From Octopus sinensis (Eukaryota): 64,000 nt of DNA. Each line of letters begins with the position of its first letter. Within the stretch, counting starts at the first letter, position 1. Position numbers and translations under genes: made by a program. The stretch spans positions 11,904,001 through 11,968,000 of the forward strand of contig NC_043018.1 in assembly GCF_006345805.1 (NCBI RefSeq). The letters run 5' to 3'. Under the pieces are notes generated by a model that ran no database searches, was not told the origin of the DNA, and saw nothing but the letters and a program-made list of their open reading frames with translations. Positions 41,901-55,905 of this stretch are shown here, one piece after another.

Positions 41901-44900
41901 ACAATTTGACCCTGGGAGATGAATTCTCAATACGTAATACTACATTTCTGGGGGGGGGGGTGACGCTTGTGGAAGATCTTCTAGGGATGGTCTTCGACTT
42001 TTGAAGTGCCAATGCTACTCAAAACATTGCATACAACCCATTGCCTTATTGTTGCTCAATGTCTCAGTAGAAGACTTCTCAAGTTTAATGCAAAATTTCA
42101 TGTTGGATCTTTGTTCCTGTCCATGACAAAATCACAAACTACAGTATACATGTGATTACAAAAACAAATTTCACAACTTGCAAAGTAAACACAACGGTGT
42201 CACTCAGCACACTGCCTTCATGAAGGTCACTGCTAGCTTCTGTTTAATGCTGCCATTTATTGGTGTGCTACAGAACTAGTCTGGGGACTTATTGATGCCA
42301 CCTTTTAAAAATGATTGCACCACCAAAAAATGGAAACTGCCTCAAAAATAATTTCCACCATCAAAAATGATTATCTATCCTTTCATAAATTATTACCTCC
42401 TTCAAAAATGTCTTCCTATTAGAAATGATTGCAAGCCTCCACCCACTCACTGGTCAAAAATAATTGTCCCTGCTAAAAATGACTGTCTCAGTGATGAATG
42501 ATTTCCCTCCATCAGAAAAGATTGCTCCCTTAACAAAAAAAATTGCTCACTCTCCTTCATAAATCATTAGCTTCTATCAAAAAGTATAATTCTTTTGTTA
42601 AAAATGATTGCTTAATCAAAAGTAATTTTCATCATCCTATGGAACAGTCATGCAACTGCCAAGCACTATGTATAATCAAAGTAAGCCCCCAGTAAACCTA
42701 GAAAATGATCTCCCTCTTTACATAAAGCTTAGCGTCATGAAACAATTTGTGAAGACACTTGCTAGGAACTTCAGAAGAGTTTGAATATGTGAAGGCCATG
42801 TTTCCAAAAATCACTAAGGCAAAAATGAAGGAAGGTATATTCATAGGTCTGCAGATAAAAGAACTTCTTCACAACACTGGATGAGATTGAGTTTAAAGTC
42901 TGGAAATCTTTTAAATGATCTTGTGAAAATTTCCTGGGAAACAACATATTTCCAGAGCTTAGAAATGGAGTGAAATATCTTCTAGACTCTTATGTTGTAA
43001 TGGGCTGTCAGATGCCTCTAAAAATCCATTTCTTTTGATTTTGCAGAGAAGCCTGGGGCAGTGTTTGATGAGTAAGGAGAATGCTTTCATCAGGATACTA
43101 CTTCAATGGATTAATGATATCAAAGATTTTGAGATGAAGGAATGTTAGCTGGCTACCATTGGATGTTATATGTGGATGAACCTGAGATGAAAGCACAATA
43201 GAAACTCCAAATCTCAAAGATTTTCGTTGTAACTCAATAGGGTGTATTCTATAGTAATTTTGATTTTGTACATCGTGCAAAAAAGCCATAAAAGAGTCAG
43301 GTCTTACATTCAGTATATCTTATATGGATTTGCTTTATATCCTCTGTACACAAAAACAACAGGTACTGGTAATAATAAAATATGAAGAACTGACTTCAGA
43401 TCTATCATTAGTATCAGAAATAAGCACAGAAAAATCAATTTGCAACTCAATGATGGAAAAAAGTTTCATTTTGTTGACAATAACCGCACATCAAAAACTA
43501 TTGCCACTAAAAGTTTTTCTCATCAACATTGATTTTTTTCTGCTCTATAAAAATAACTGCACCACAGGCAACAATTTCTGCATTGCATCTTACATGCTAC
43601 CAAGCTGGATGCTGATTGAGATGACATTATACAATTGATTGGTTATGAGTAAGAAGATTAAGAGCTGTAAAATGGTTACCTTATCAAAAACTGATTTCCC
43701 TTATTTAAAAAATCACTCTCTTGCTTGCTCCATAGAAAAAAAAGAGAAACACTTGCGTTTACAAAAATGTTGGTTCTATCAAAATCCATTGTTCCTTAAA
43801 AAAAGTTCTTCTCGTCAACATTGATTTTTCTGATCAAATGAAAATGCTCCTAACTGAAGTTTTTATAAATAGAATGTTAAATAAGATGACGCACCTTTGG
43901 TGTGTATATGGGCTCACCACACATCTTGTCTTCCTGCACTGTTATTTGAATTGAATCTTTTTCAAACTTTGGTTTTTTATTGTTGCTGTCTTTCACATCA
44001 ACTACAACTTGTGCCACACCATAATGCTGCTTGTTACTGTCAAATGCTTGGACCACAAAACAATATTTGGTTGGTTTGTTAAGTTTCTGTTTTATTGTTA
44101 TGATTCCTGACCCAGCATCAATGTTGAAGTATCTGAATGAAAGAAAAAAACCACGTGTATGAGTGTTTGAATGCATCATCAACATCGTCGACTAAGGTTT
44201 AGCCAGTTTGACGGGAGCTGGAAAACCGAGAGGACTGTGCCAAGCTCTACTGTGTGCTTTGGTGTGGTTTCTAAGGCTGGACGTTCTTCCGAATGCCATC
44301 CACATTACAAAATGCAATTGAGTACTTTTTCTATGGCACCAAGTAACTTGCAAGATTAAAACTTCCCAACCAAGAGAGGGAGCGAAATTAAGGGAAGTGG
44401 TTTTGGAGCAGATGATGAGAGGTTAAAGTATGATAGAGGGACTGAAACAGGTGTCTAGTTGTAGAGGCGGTAACATGGCAACTCCAGTTGGGGGGAGGAA
44501 GAGAGAGGAAGAGAAGATGGTGAAGAATATGTATCAGGATGGAAGCTCAAGGTACAGGAAGGTGCATATAAGAGAAATGATAAGGAGAATTGAATTGAGT
44601 GAGTAAGCAAGGGGTTCACAAGAGTAGAAGACAGAAGAGAGGGGAAAGGGAATGTAGTGGTTAGCAAACATAAGTAAATAGGGGATTGGCAGGGCAGCAA
44701 TGATACACTTGGATGGGGTTGGGCTGCAGGAGAAGGTAGGGAGAAAGATAAGTGCATGATGAGTTGTAGTTTGGTGTGGGGAGGAATGAAAAGGCAGATT
44801 AAAAATTGAGTGGTATTTATGTTTTGTGGAAAATTAGATTTAATGATACTAAAAAACTGTTTAAACAATACCTTAAAAATTTAAGTAGGAAGGAAATGTA

Positions 44901-47285
44901 TACCAAAGGATATGTCTGTTCCCACTCTTGTTAGCTGGATGGAGGCACATGGCCGAGTCATTAGAGCAGTGGACTCGCGGTCGAGGGATCGAGGGTTCGA
45001 ATATCAGACTGGGTGATGTGTGTGTTTATGAACAAATCACCACTCTTTCCTCCTGCACCTTGCAGCTCATGTGTGACGGACTGGCATCCCATACAGGTGG
45101 GGAACCTATACGCCAATGAAACCAGTGCCGTCAGGTTTTGAGAACCATCTAGAGTTATCTCCCCTGTCCCATCGTTAACAGCGAGGTGGCATTCGTTAGA
45201 TATAAAAAGACGCACACAGCCAAAGAACATCCTCTTTTCCTTTCCCTGACCGTTGTCCCTTGCCCCGATTCATGGCTTAACAAGTTGGAACGAATCCTTT
45301 TCCGCTTTTTGTGGAAAGGAGGAAAGCCACTTGTGAGGCGCTCCGTTTGCTGCCAAGAACCGTTAAAGGGTGGGTTAGGGATGCCTTGGTTGATGATGCG
45401 CAGACATGCGTTGAGGCTAAGGCATCTCTGGCACCACCTGGAGGGTGATAAGGTGTGGGTCCGCTGGCAGGGGGATTTTTCCCGAGACCGGCCTCCTTAG
45501 TGAATTTTAAACCCGGTTACATCAAAAGATGGAAACTGACTCCATGGCAAAAGGAGTGCCGACAGGCACTCACGCTGATCCACAAGGCGGGCAAGGCCGG
45601 CTGCGGAAATACCACCTCGGTATTTTATAGAGGGCTGGTAGAGGCAAAAAACGACGACGTCCTAGGAGGGGCTCTGGGGTTTGATGAAGACCAGCTTGCC
45701 ACCTGTTTTAAAAACTTTCAGGTCGGGTATTTGGATAATTTCCAAAGATCCCTGGCCTGGCAGTGCTATAGGAATGCTTTACCTGTTCGCGAGAAGTTAT
45801 CGCGGCACGGAGTTTCAGTGCCACCGACGTGTCCAAGGTGCGAGTTGGACGATGAAACCGTCCAGCACGCTTTTGTTCACTGTCGGAAGTTGTCCGACTT
45901 GATAAGTTACGCAGAACACGTGTTATCGCATCTAGGACGAGTACAGCTGTCGGCTGAGTCTATGATTAAGATGATACCGCCAACTGGACTCTCGAAGGAA
46001 GGTGAGGCATGTTTTCACTGCACGGTTGCAGTAGTAAAAGAATGCATGTGGAGAACGAGAATGGAAGGAGCCGCGATAGGATCCTTTGTCTCCGGCCCCA
46101 GCTTGCTCACTTACTTCAGATATCATCTGAAGAGCAAAATGGGGCTGGAAAAGAGGATCTTACCACGGCGTGTGTATGAGAAAAGATGGAAGGAAGTGGA
46201 AAAAAAGGTGGGTGTCAGAAACCCAGTTTGACCATGGAGGAGAGAGAGGAAGTGGAAGCTGCAGGGCCTCATAAATTGCCGGGGTGCAGAAGCTCCAGTT
46301 ATGTACTGTGGTTTGTTCTACTAGGTCATATAAAAGACATTTATTTTTATTTTTATAAACGAATAATTCAAATGTAAACGAAAATTTTTAAAACGAATCT
46401 CTTAAATGTTTTTTTTGTATATATGTCCTGTATTTGTCCTTCTATGTGTGATTATATAATCATAATAAAGAAATACCTCTTTTCCTTTCCCACGCGACCT
46501 GCAGCTAACTACGTCTTCTCCATCTCTGTTCCTGCTACGGGACAACCCTGCGTTGATTTGAATTTTGTTAAATCCTCCATACCAGTTATGGAAGGCGGCG
46601 AGACGAAAACCATTTCTTATTCACCTTCCATTCTGTTCTGTTGAATGTTAATACACAAGCTGTGTAGAAATGCTCTCATCCCGGATTGGAATAAATACTC
46701 CATGGAGATGAAGTCTTTGAAAACGCACACGAATTGCTGTTGTTTCCTCACTGGATTAATTCCTACAGCTATCGAAGGATGACCGAACATTATATTAAAT
46801 TAGTGAGCAGAAAGGTAAAAAGATTTGAAGGGAGAGGTACAAAGAAAAAGATAAATAAAAGGTGTTAAGCAGAAGAAATATATATATTTTGAGAGGGGAG
46901 GGGCAGAGGCAGAGCAGCAAAGAGGAGGGAGTGAGAAAGAGAGAGAGAGAGAGAGAAATAAGGGAGATTGATAGTGGTGAGAGGTAAGAGAAATGCAGGA
47001 GGATGGTTAGAGGCAAGGAAACACAGAAGAGAGAGAGGGAAAAGAGAGAGAGAGAGATTAAGTGAAGGAAGGGAGTGATAAAGAGAATGGAAACTATTCT
47101 CAAACAGAAAACACAGGTTAACTTTTCATTTTTGATGATATATGATAAAGCCATTGAAAATATGGAGATTGCAAAAAGAAATGTTGCCCGTCTGTCTGTC
47201 AGTCAGTCAGTCATTCTGTCTGTCTGTCTGCCTGTCTCTCTAACGCACACTCGCTCTATCCCTCTGTCTCTCTCTCGCTCTATCC

Positions 47286-47317
<32 letters not shown>

Positions 47318-50300
47318 TAGCAAATAGCTGTGGATGTTACGGTTACTTTTCTACAATTGAAGAGAGAAGTAGAAAGATAAAGAGAAACAAAAACTGTTAA
47401 GCAGAGGAGATATAGTTGAAGCGAGTGGCAGAGAGAGAGAGAGAGAGGAGGGACAGAGAGGGAGTGAGAGAGAGGAGGGACAGAGAGGGAGTGAGAGAGA
47501 GGAGAAACAGAAAGGGAGGGACAGAGAGGGAGTGAGAGAGAAAGAGAGAGAGAGAGATGACTGAAAGGAAGGTGGCGTTCGTTTCGTGTTTTTAAATGTT
47601 TATCAGTATTTTCAGAGTAGACAGATACATACATCACAAGAAAAGTAGATACAGAGAGTGAGCAAAAAATTGATAGATAGATATATAGAAAGATTGTTAA
47701 ATCAAAGAGAAATAACCACAGCAAATACTGGATGTCACTTGAACTTTTCATTAGCACATGAGGATAAAATTAACTTGCAACTGGCTGAGTACTCCACAGA
47801 CATGCATACAATCAACGTAGTTCTTAAGGAGATTCAGCCTCACACAGAATATGACAAATCTGGCCCCTCTCAATCACAGCTACAATTCATTTTGGCCAGT
47901 CGAGAGGACTGGAGCAAGATAAACCTTCAAGTGGTGGAAAGAAAACATAAAAGATCACATGTCTATGTTTTCATTCTGGGAGTTGTAAAATGACCGACTG
48001 TTAGTTCTCTTTTCTTTCCCCCACCCACGGCACTCATTCGCCTTCTTTGATAGTTCATGTCTTTTAGTTGGGGGGAAAGACCATGTTTTTTTCAGGCATG
48101 TGTTTAACATTTTCTGTACAAACTACAAACAAGCTCCCACCCCTGACTTCCTTTTTTTTTCATATAAAAACTAATGCAGATTTCGAATGAGGTTTAGCTG
48201 TAAAAGAAGCCCAGAAAAATGGGTAATACACCCTACAAAATGGGTGGGGGAGAAAAGTTGTCAACAAGTGGTTACACGAAATTCAACTCTGTACTTTAAA
48301 GAGTTCCCTCCACTATTCTATAGCCTCAGACTGACCAATATATATATTTATATATATATGTACATATTTATGTGTTTGTGTCTGCTTTGTACACCCCCCC
48401 CCACACACACACTATCGTTTGACAACCGATGTTGGTGTGTTTGTGTCCCTGTAACTTAGCTGTTCAGCAAAAGAGACTGATAGAATAAGCACCAGGCTTA
48501 CAGGGAACAAGTGCAGGGGTTAATCTCTTCAAGTAAAAGGTGGTGCTCCAGCATTGCCACAGTCAAATGACTGAAACAAGTAAAAGAATAAAAGAATACC
48601 GGAAGAATATTCCATACCGCTAAACCAAGAAGGTTCTTTGAATATGTACTAAATAGTCATTCTGTTTACATTTGCATAACTGAGATATTTTGGTTGGATT
48701 ATTTAGTTATCGGTTTTACCACTTCTTTCTATATTCTGTAAGTGTAACAATATAGAAATAGTTCTCATGGCACCAGCTCGCAATTTAAAGATGCTTACAT
48801 TTTTTATGTTTCGTTTTGGATTTGGTTTGCAAGATTCTTTATATGAGTTTGTGTGTTGAAGCATATTCTGTTGTGTCTGGGGAGAGTCATTTTCTTTTTG
48901 TGCCTTATTTCCACTTATTTCTTATTTTTATTTTCCTAAAATTTTTTGTTGCTTCTTGCAACCTTTTCAATAGTCTTGAAAAGACGCAACGAAAATTTTA
49001 GGAAAATAAAAATAAGAAATAAGTGGAAATTTTACCGGTGAGTGTGTTACATTATAAGACACAACAGAATACATTTTTTAGGTTTGCCATGAAGTTTTCA
49101 CGGGTCCAGCTAGTTAATAGTAATTATAAAAATGAGAATAATATCAATAATAGTAATATGACTGATAATAATAATAATAGAAAGTCTAACAATAATAATA
49201 CTTATAATATGGAAATATTCTGGGATGTGATAACAATGAGGGAAGTGGATTTGATATGAATGATTATTATAATTATTATAATTATTTTAATACCATTATG
49301 AATTCCACTGGATATAGAAATACTTATAAGAATTGTAGCAATGAAGATGGAAGAAGGAAGATTGATAGAATAAGCAGCAGGCTTAAAAGTAAGAACAGGG
49401 AGTCAATTTGTTCAACTAAACTCTTCAGAAGGGTGCTCCAGCATGGCTGCAGTCCAATGACTAAAACAAAATAAAAAATATATATATATATATAGATGCG
49501 GGCATGACTGTGTGGTAAAACGCTTGCTTCCCAACCACATGGTTCAGTCTTACTGCATGACACTTGCACAAGTGTCTTCTGCTGTAGCTAAGGGCCATCC
49601 AAGGTCTTGTGAGTGGATTTGGTAGGCAGAAACTGAAAGAAGGCGGTGAGCTGGCGGAAACGTTAGCATGCTGTGCGAAATGCTTAGCGGTATTTCGTCT
49701 GTCTTTAATGTTCTGAGTTCAAATTCTGCCAAGGTCGACTTTGCCTGTCATCCTTTCGGGGTCGATAAATTAAGTACCTGTTATGCACTGGGGTCAATGT
49801 AATCGACTTAGTCCCTTTGTCTGTCTTTGTTTGTCCCCTCAATGTTTAGCCTCTTGTGGGCAATAAAGAAATAAGAAACTGAAAGCCTGTTGTGTGTGTG
49901 CGTGCACGTGTGTATATATGTGTATGTATATATATATATATATGTATATATCTATGTGTGTGTGTGTCTATGTTTGTCCCCCACCACTGCTTGACTACTA
50001 GTGCTGGTGTGTTTACATCTCCATAACTTAGCAGTTCAGCAAAAGAGACTGACAAAATAAATACCAGGTTTTAAAAAGAATAAGTCCTGGGGCCAATTTG
50101 TTCAACTAAAAACCCTTCAAGGCAGTGCCCTAGCATGGCCATAATCAAATGACTGAAACAAGTAAAAAATAAAATATACAAACGTGTGTGTGTGTGTATT
50201 TTGTCATGTGTGCATCTGTATGTATGACTATAGAGTATTTTTTACTTACTTGTCACCTGGCAGGTAATATTCGACTGCATCTCCATCTTTGTCAGTGGCC

Positions 50301-50485
50301 TACAACAAAAGGTCGAGTATTACATTTAGAATTGCCTGAATTTGTGGCATCTGTGTCATCATCATCATCCTTGTAACCACCGCGATTATCTTAACTGCCA
50401 ATATCGTTATGTAGTAATTCTGTTTATGCCAATAATTGTGATGAAAATAATGACTTTGGAGATTATTAAGGCACTAACGCTGTAG

Positions 50486-50530
<45 letters not shown>

Positions 50531-51699
50531 CAGCAATAAAACTGATGTTTACAATAATGATATTGGTGATGTTGTTTATGATTGTAATGACCATTGTGAT
50601 GATGATGACGACGACGACGAGTGATGATGCTGTTCATTAGAATGATGTGTTTGATGATGATGATGTATATTATGATGACATTCACTGTAATGATATTTAT
50701 GAAGATGTTAATCAAAAAAAGCTGATAATGAAGCAGATAATGAGCATATAGGCGCAGGAGTGGCTGTGTGGTAAGTAGCTTGCTTACCAACCACATGGTT
50801 CCGGGTTCATTCCCACTGCGTGGCACCTTGAGCAAGTGTCATCTACTATAGCCTCAGGCCAACCAAAGCCTTGCGAGTGGATTTGGTAGATAGAAACTGA
50901 AAGAAGCCCGTCGTATATATGTATGTATATATATATATATATATGTGTGTGTATATGTTTATGTGTTTGTGTTTGTCCTACCCCACCAACATCACTTGAC
51001 AACCAATGGTGGTGTGTTTATGTCCCCATAACTTAGCGGTTCGGCAAAAGAGACTGATAGAATAAGTACAAAGTTTACAAAGAATAAGTTCTGGGGTCGA
51101 TTTGCTCAACTAAAGGCGGTGCTCCAGCACGGCCACAGTCAAATGACTGAAACAAGTAAAAGAGTATATGATGATTATGCCGATGACGTCAACAACAATG
51201 GCAACAAGGATGATGATAATGAAGAGGAGGGAGGAGGAAGATGATAATGGTAAAGATTATCGTTATCAATATTTTGAGAAAAACGATGATAATTATGACT
51301 GATGAAAGGGATATGAAATGCCGGCATGGGGGGCGGGGATGAAATGAGGGTACTTACCAATACTTTACCAACTGAAGTGTTGATTATGTCATTTTCATTA
51401 ATGGAAAATGTGTAAATCAGGTGATCAAATACAGGTACATAGCTATTCACAGGGATTATTGTGATATTGATGCCAGTCGTGGCAGTCTGTGAAGGATAAG
51501 AAAACAAGAAAAGGAAATGGTAAGAATATAAAAGAATATGATATGGAATAAGAATACAATAGAATACAAGTATGATATATATATGATAGACAAATACATG
51601 ATACGAATTGAAATAATAATAAATGGTTTACAAATATGATGTAGCATTTTTCAGCCATGAGGTTCTCCTTTAAAGATGTGCTCTATGCAAAACTTCAGC

Positions 51700-51796
<97 letters not shown>

Positions 51797-53899
51797 ACAC
51801 TCCCTTTCATGTGAAACTGAGGAACAGAAGATAACTATGAGGTTTGGCTGAAAAGTTCATAGGCTGACCAAGATGCTCCTATGGAATGTGACCAAATGAG
51901 GTTTATTGTTCAACAAGTGCCCCTTGCGGTCCACACACTTCTTCCATCGGTGCAGCAGTGCTTGGATAACCATTGGTGAAGAAGTTTCTATCCTGTTGGT
52001 TAAAAAAAGTCATCAACAGCAGACATGACACCATCATCAATACACTATTACTTCCTAGCTGAGTGATTTTTCATGTTGGTAGTCAAATGGGGCCAAATCA
52101 GAATAGGGAGCATGACCAATCAGTTGGAAACCAGTCACACACAGCAGCCATTGAAAGCAAGGACTTGTGCGCTGGAGCATTGTCCTGATGAAACAAGACC
52201 CTTTACATCAGTTTTTCTGAGCATTTGGTCACAATAGCCTCTTGTAACTACTTCAACAAGCTGGTATAGTACTCTCTGTTGATGGTGTAGACCTTTTGAA
52301 GATAGTCAATAAACACAATGCCTTTTGCATCCCAAAAAACGAGGCCATCACCTTCCCTGCTAATGAAACAGCTTTGGTCTTCTTTGGAGCAGATGAGGAG
52401 GGGGTGTTTCTTCTGCAGGGATTGTCTTTTTGTCTCTAGCACAAAGTGATGAACCCAACACTCATTCTGGGTAAGAAAATATACAAAGAAACTAGCTGGA
52501 TCTGCCTCATTCAATGTCAGATTTTCCAGTGATGTAATCTACCTCATGCACTTTTGATCAGGTGTTAGAAACCTTTATCATGCTAAGTTCATTGTACTGA
52601 ATATTTTCAACTTTCTCACAAGATATGCAATTAGCATTGGTTATTTGATATATGTTCCCCTCCTAAATTTAACTGCCCACTTTTGCCCACATTGATAAAA
52701 CTGGAAAGTCATCCCCTAATGTAACAACCATGTCAGCATGGATGTCGTTGGGGGTTAAACTTTTTTTCTCCAGGTATTTGATGACACCATGATGCTAAAT
52801 TTTGTCCATTTTTAAGAGAAGTCACTACTAGTTCCTTTAGAAATCATTTTTGAACAGTCAGGTGTCAGTTTACCTGGAAAGAAACAATGCAGTCATTAAT
52901 AAGAAAAATTACAATTAATGGAAGATTGCACAGCTCCAGCATCCCTCCTTTATAATCAGCATCAGTGCCACAACCTCAGCCTACAAACGTTTTCGCCTAT
53001 CCTCATTTATACCAATCATTAACAAACAAACTTTTCAAAGTAGTCACTTTTGAGACTCCCAGTGCCTTCAGCCCTGGAATTGTTGCTCTCTTCTGCTAGA
53101 TTAGGATACAGGTGTTATGTCTGAAGAAAGAACCAAGAGAACTGGAATGGCTGATGCAGTGGAAATCTCTGGTTGTTGTTTGAATCCAAACTTATGCCAT
53201 CTTGTTCTCCACCATGGGATGAAGATAAGTTGTTCAACAGAAAGGCTGGAGTACATTTGTTTTTTTGTTTTTGTGTGTTTGTATGCTTTTTCTGTGAGCA
53301 TGTATGAATAAAATATTGCTTTTATCTATACTAATTTCATGTATGAATAAAATATTCAAGTACAATGTAAATATGTGATAGAATACAAAAAAAAAACAAT
53401 AGAATATAATACTATATGATAATAGAGCGAAACAGGATATAAAATAATATTAAACACTCAAGGCCCTTTGATTCCAGGTTTTGTCTCCATACCTGGAATT
53501 TCTTCTCTAATATTCCTAAAGATTCTGTGATAAGAGCAAGGTCATCAGTATTTAGCAGTTTCCATGGACACCCAGTCTTGAATTCCTCTGTTATGGCCTG
53601 GAGGACAATAATGAATAAGAGCAGGCTTTCTGCCACAACTATCCGTTACACCCCTCTCAGTGCCTGGTAAAGGTCTTTGTCAGGGTTATTCCAAACAGTG
53701 CAAAACCATTAGCTTGCTTCTCAACAGCCAGAGTAGTTGGGGTTCACACCAAAAATTCAACTACTGACTGGTTCTCTGAGAGCTCATTCAACACAGATAA
53801 GATTTAGTAAAAAGAAACTGAGAAAACCCAGTTGTATATAAATGCTTGCTTGTTTGTGTTTGTGTGTGTGCATGTGTGTGTGTGTGTGTGTGCATGTGT

Positions 53900-53938
<39 letters not shown>

Positions 53939-55853
53939 ATTTGTGTTTCCTTGTCTTGACATCACCTGATAGTTGTATGTGAGTGTCTTTATCACACACA
54001 AAGTGTTATTTATTTCAAGTCTTCCATAAAACATGTCCGGCTAAAGAGAAATATTACCTTACTCCGAAACAGGAAGGGTTTCTAACTATAGAAAACCAGA
54101 CTTAATAAGATTCATCCTATTCATTTAAGCATGAAAAAGTGGAAATTAAAATAATGACACACACACACACACACACACACACATATTCGAAATATTCTGC
54201 TTGAATAAATAGTAGAAAAAATTTCAAAAACTTACTTCAATGTTATCTGATACGGTTATGCTGACATATATAGAATTCAAGGTGGATTCATTGAGCCATT
54301 TCTTCAGTCTTAAGACATGACTGACCCTAAGTGATACATCAATATATACTTATTAGATCACAGCTGATTTGTGGAAAAACAACAATAGGCACGACACCAC
54401 TCGGTACTCAAAACAAATCAGAACATAATACACTATACTATGATACTTCATACCTGTACTACATATATGTATCAAAAAGTACTGAGAAGCACTCAGCCAC
54501 TGTTTTTTTTTGTTATTTCCTTTACTAAACAATGCTAAACGATTGATCCATGGAGCCTCTATGTAGTCATTTGACTTGCTAGCTAGAAATAGCTACCAAA
54601 ACTTCTTTGAATCATCAATTTACTGTATTAAAACAGGAAAGAACATTGGATAGTGTAGTCCTGGATTCAAGATTTCTCAATAAAAGTTGGGATGGTCACA
54701 GCAGGGATATTGTTGATAATAAGTTCACATGTAGTCGTTCAGCTCTTTGGCAGGATCTCCAAAGGATTGCTCGACCAGCTGGTGGCAAATAGCTACTAAA
54801 TCTCCTTCAGATCACACTCTACCATTGTAAAGCTGAAGAACCTATAGAACAATGTAGTTCTAGTTATAATGGTCTAAAATGAAACGGGACGGTCACAGAT
54901 GGAACATTATTGATCATATTTAATTAGGTCTGCTCTCAGGATTGCACAACAACAATAACAACTCGTGAGAAAAATGGAGGAGTCTTTGCATGGCCACTCC
55001 TAGAAATAGTAACAATCACCTTCAAATCACAACTTAACATCTATAATAATAAACACAAAATTCTACCCATCCGTCCGGGACCCCTGAATCTTAGTCTACA
55101 TTTGCTCTATAAAGACATATTATACCTTTTTGGAATCAGGATTATCCTGGGATTGAAAATTTGCCCTTCATTTGGTTCTAGAATATCCAGCATTGGGATC
55201 AGACCTGGATGAGTATTTGTTATATACTAACAGTTGAAAACTCAAATTTTAAAAGAACTCAAAAAATTTGTGAACGCACAAGTTTTTCATTTATCATATT
55301 GGTAGGGTAATACCTTATTGGTAAATACTTTATTATTATTGCTCTCTATAGTTTGGGGCCACAGACCCAATTAGCCCCCTGCAGGAGTTAACTTAAAAGT
55401 TTGCATAGAGTGCAGCTTTTAATCTAGTCTTAATTAAAGAAGGATACGTTTGTTGATGTAGTCTCTGATATTCTAAATGGTGGGATGATCACAGCTGAAC
55501 ACCATTGGTCATAGGTCCATAGAATCAGGGCTGACCTGGGGCTAAACAAGAACAATAACAATTTTGCTTGATTAATCTTTATATTTTATATCTTTTCATT
55601 TGTCTTGCTCGCTTACATTCTGGTGCTTGCTCAATTTTCTTGAGAACAATCCTTTCTTAGTGGTAAGACCATAGGTGGTCTACTTCTAGCAAAATGGATG
55701 TCCACTTAGTTGTCATCCCTCTTATATGTATGTAATATAATTTTTCTGACTTTTCAGTTTTCTAGACCACTGGTTTTAAATTGATATTAATCAAACTAAT
55801 ATTTAATTTTTTCACCCTTATTATTTTAAATATATATGTATACATATATATGT

Positions 55854-55905
<52 letters not shown>

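Noticed and set aside
44961-45230. Minus-strand ORF with cadherin-like [10 protein letters not shown]
   Set aside because: No AG acceptor before the motif, exons 5 and 6 already join seamlessly, and it overlaps a SINE/LINE junction.
47317-47356. Strong acceptor followed by [10 protein letters not shown]
   Set aside because: Runs into a stop and a (GA)n tract, has no good donor, and is not needed for the frame.
52861-52900. Pyrimidine tract with CAG|GTAAAC on the minus strand (recursive-splice-like site)
   Set aside because: Lies at the 5' edge of a mariner relic in a short (2.7-kb) intron, all three frames stop quickly, and there is no supporting evidence.
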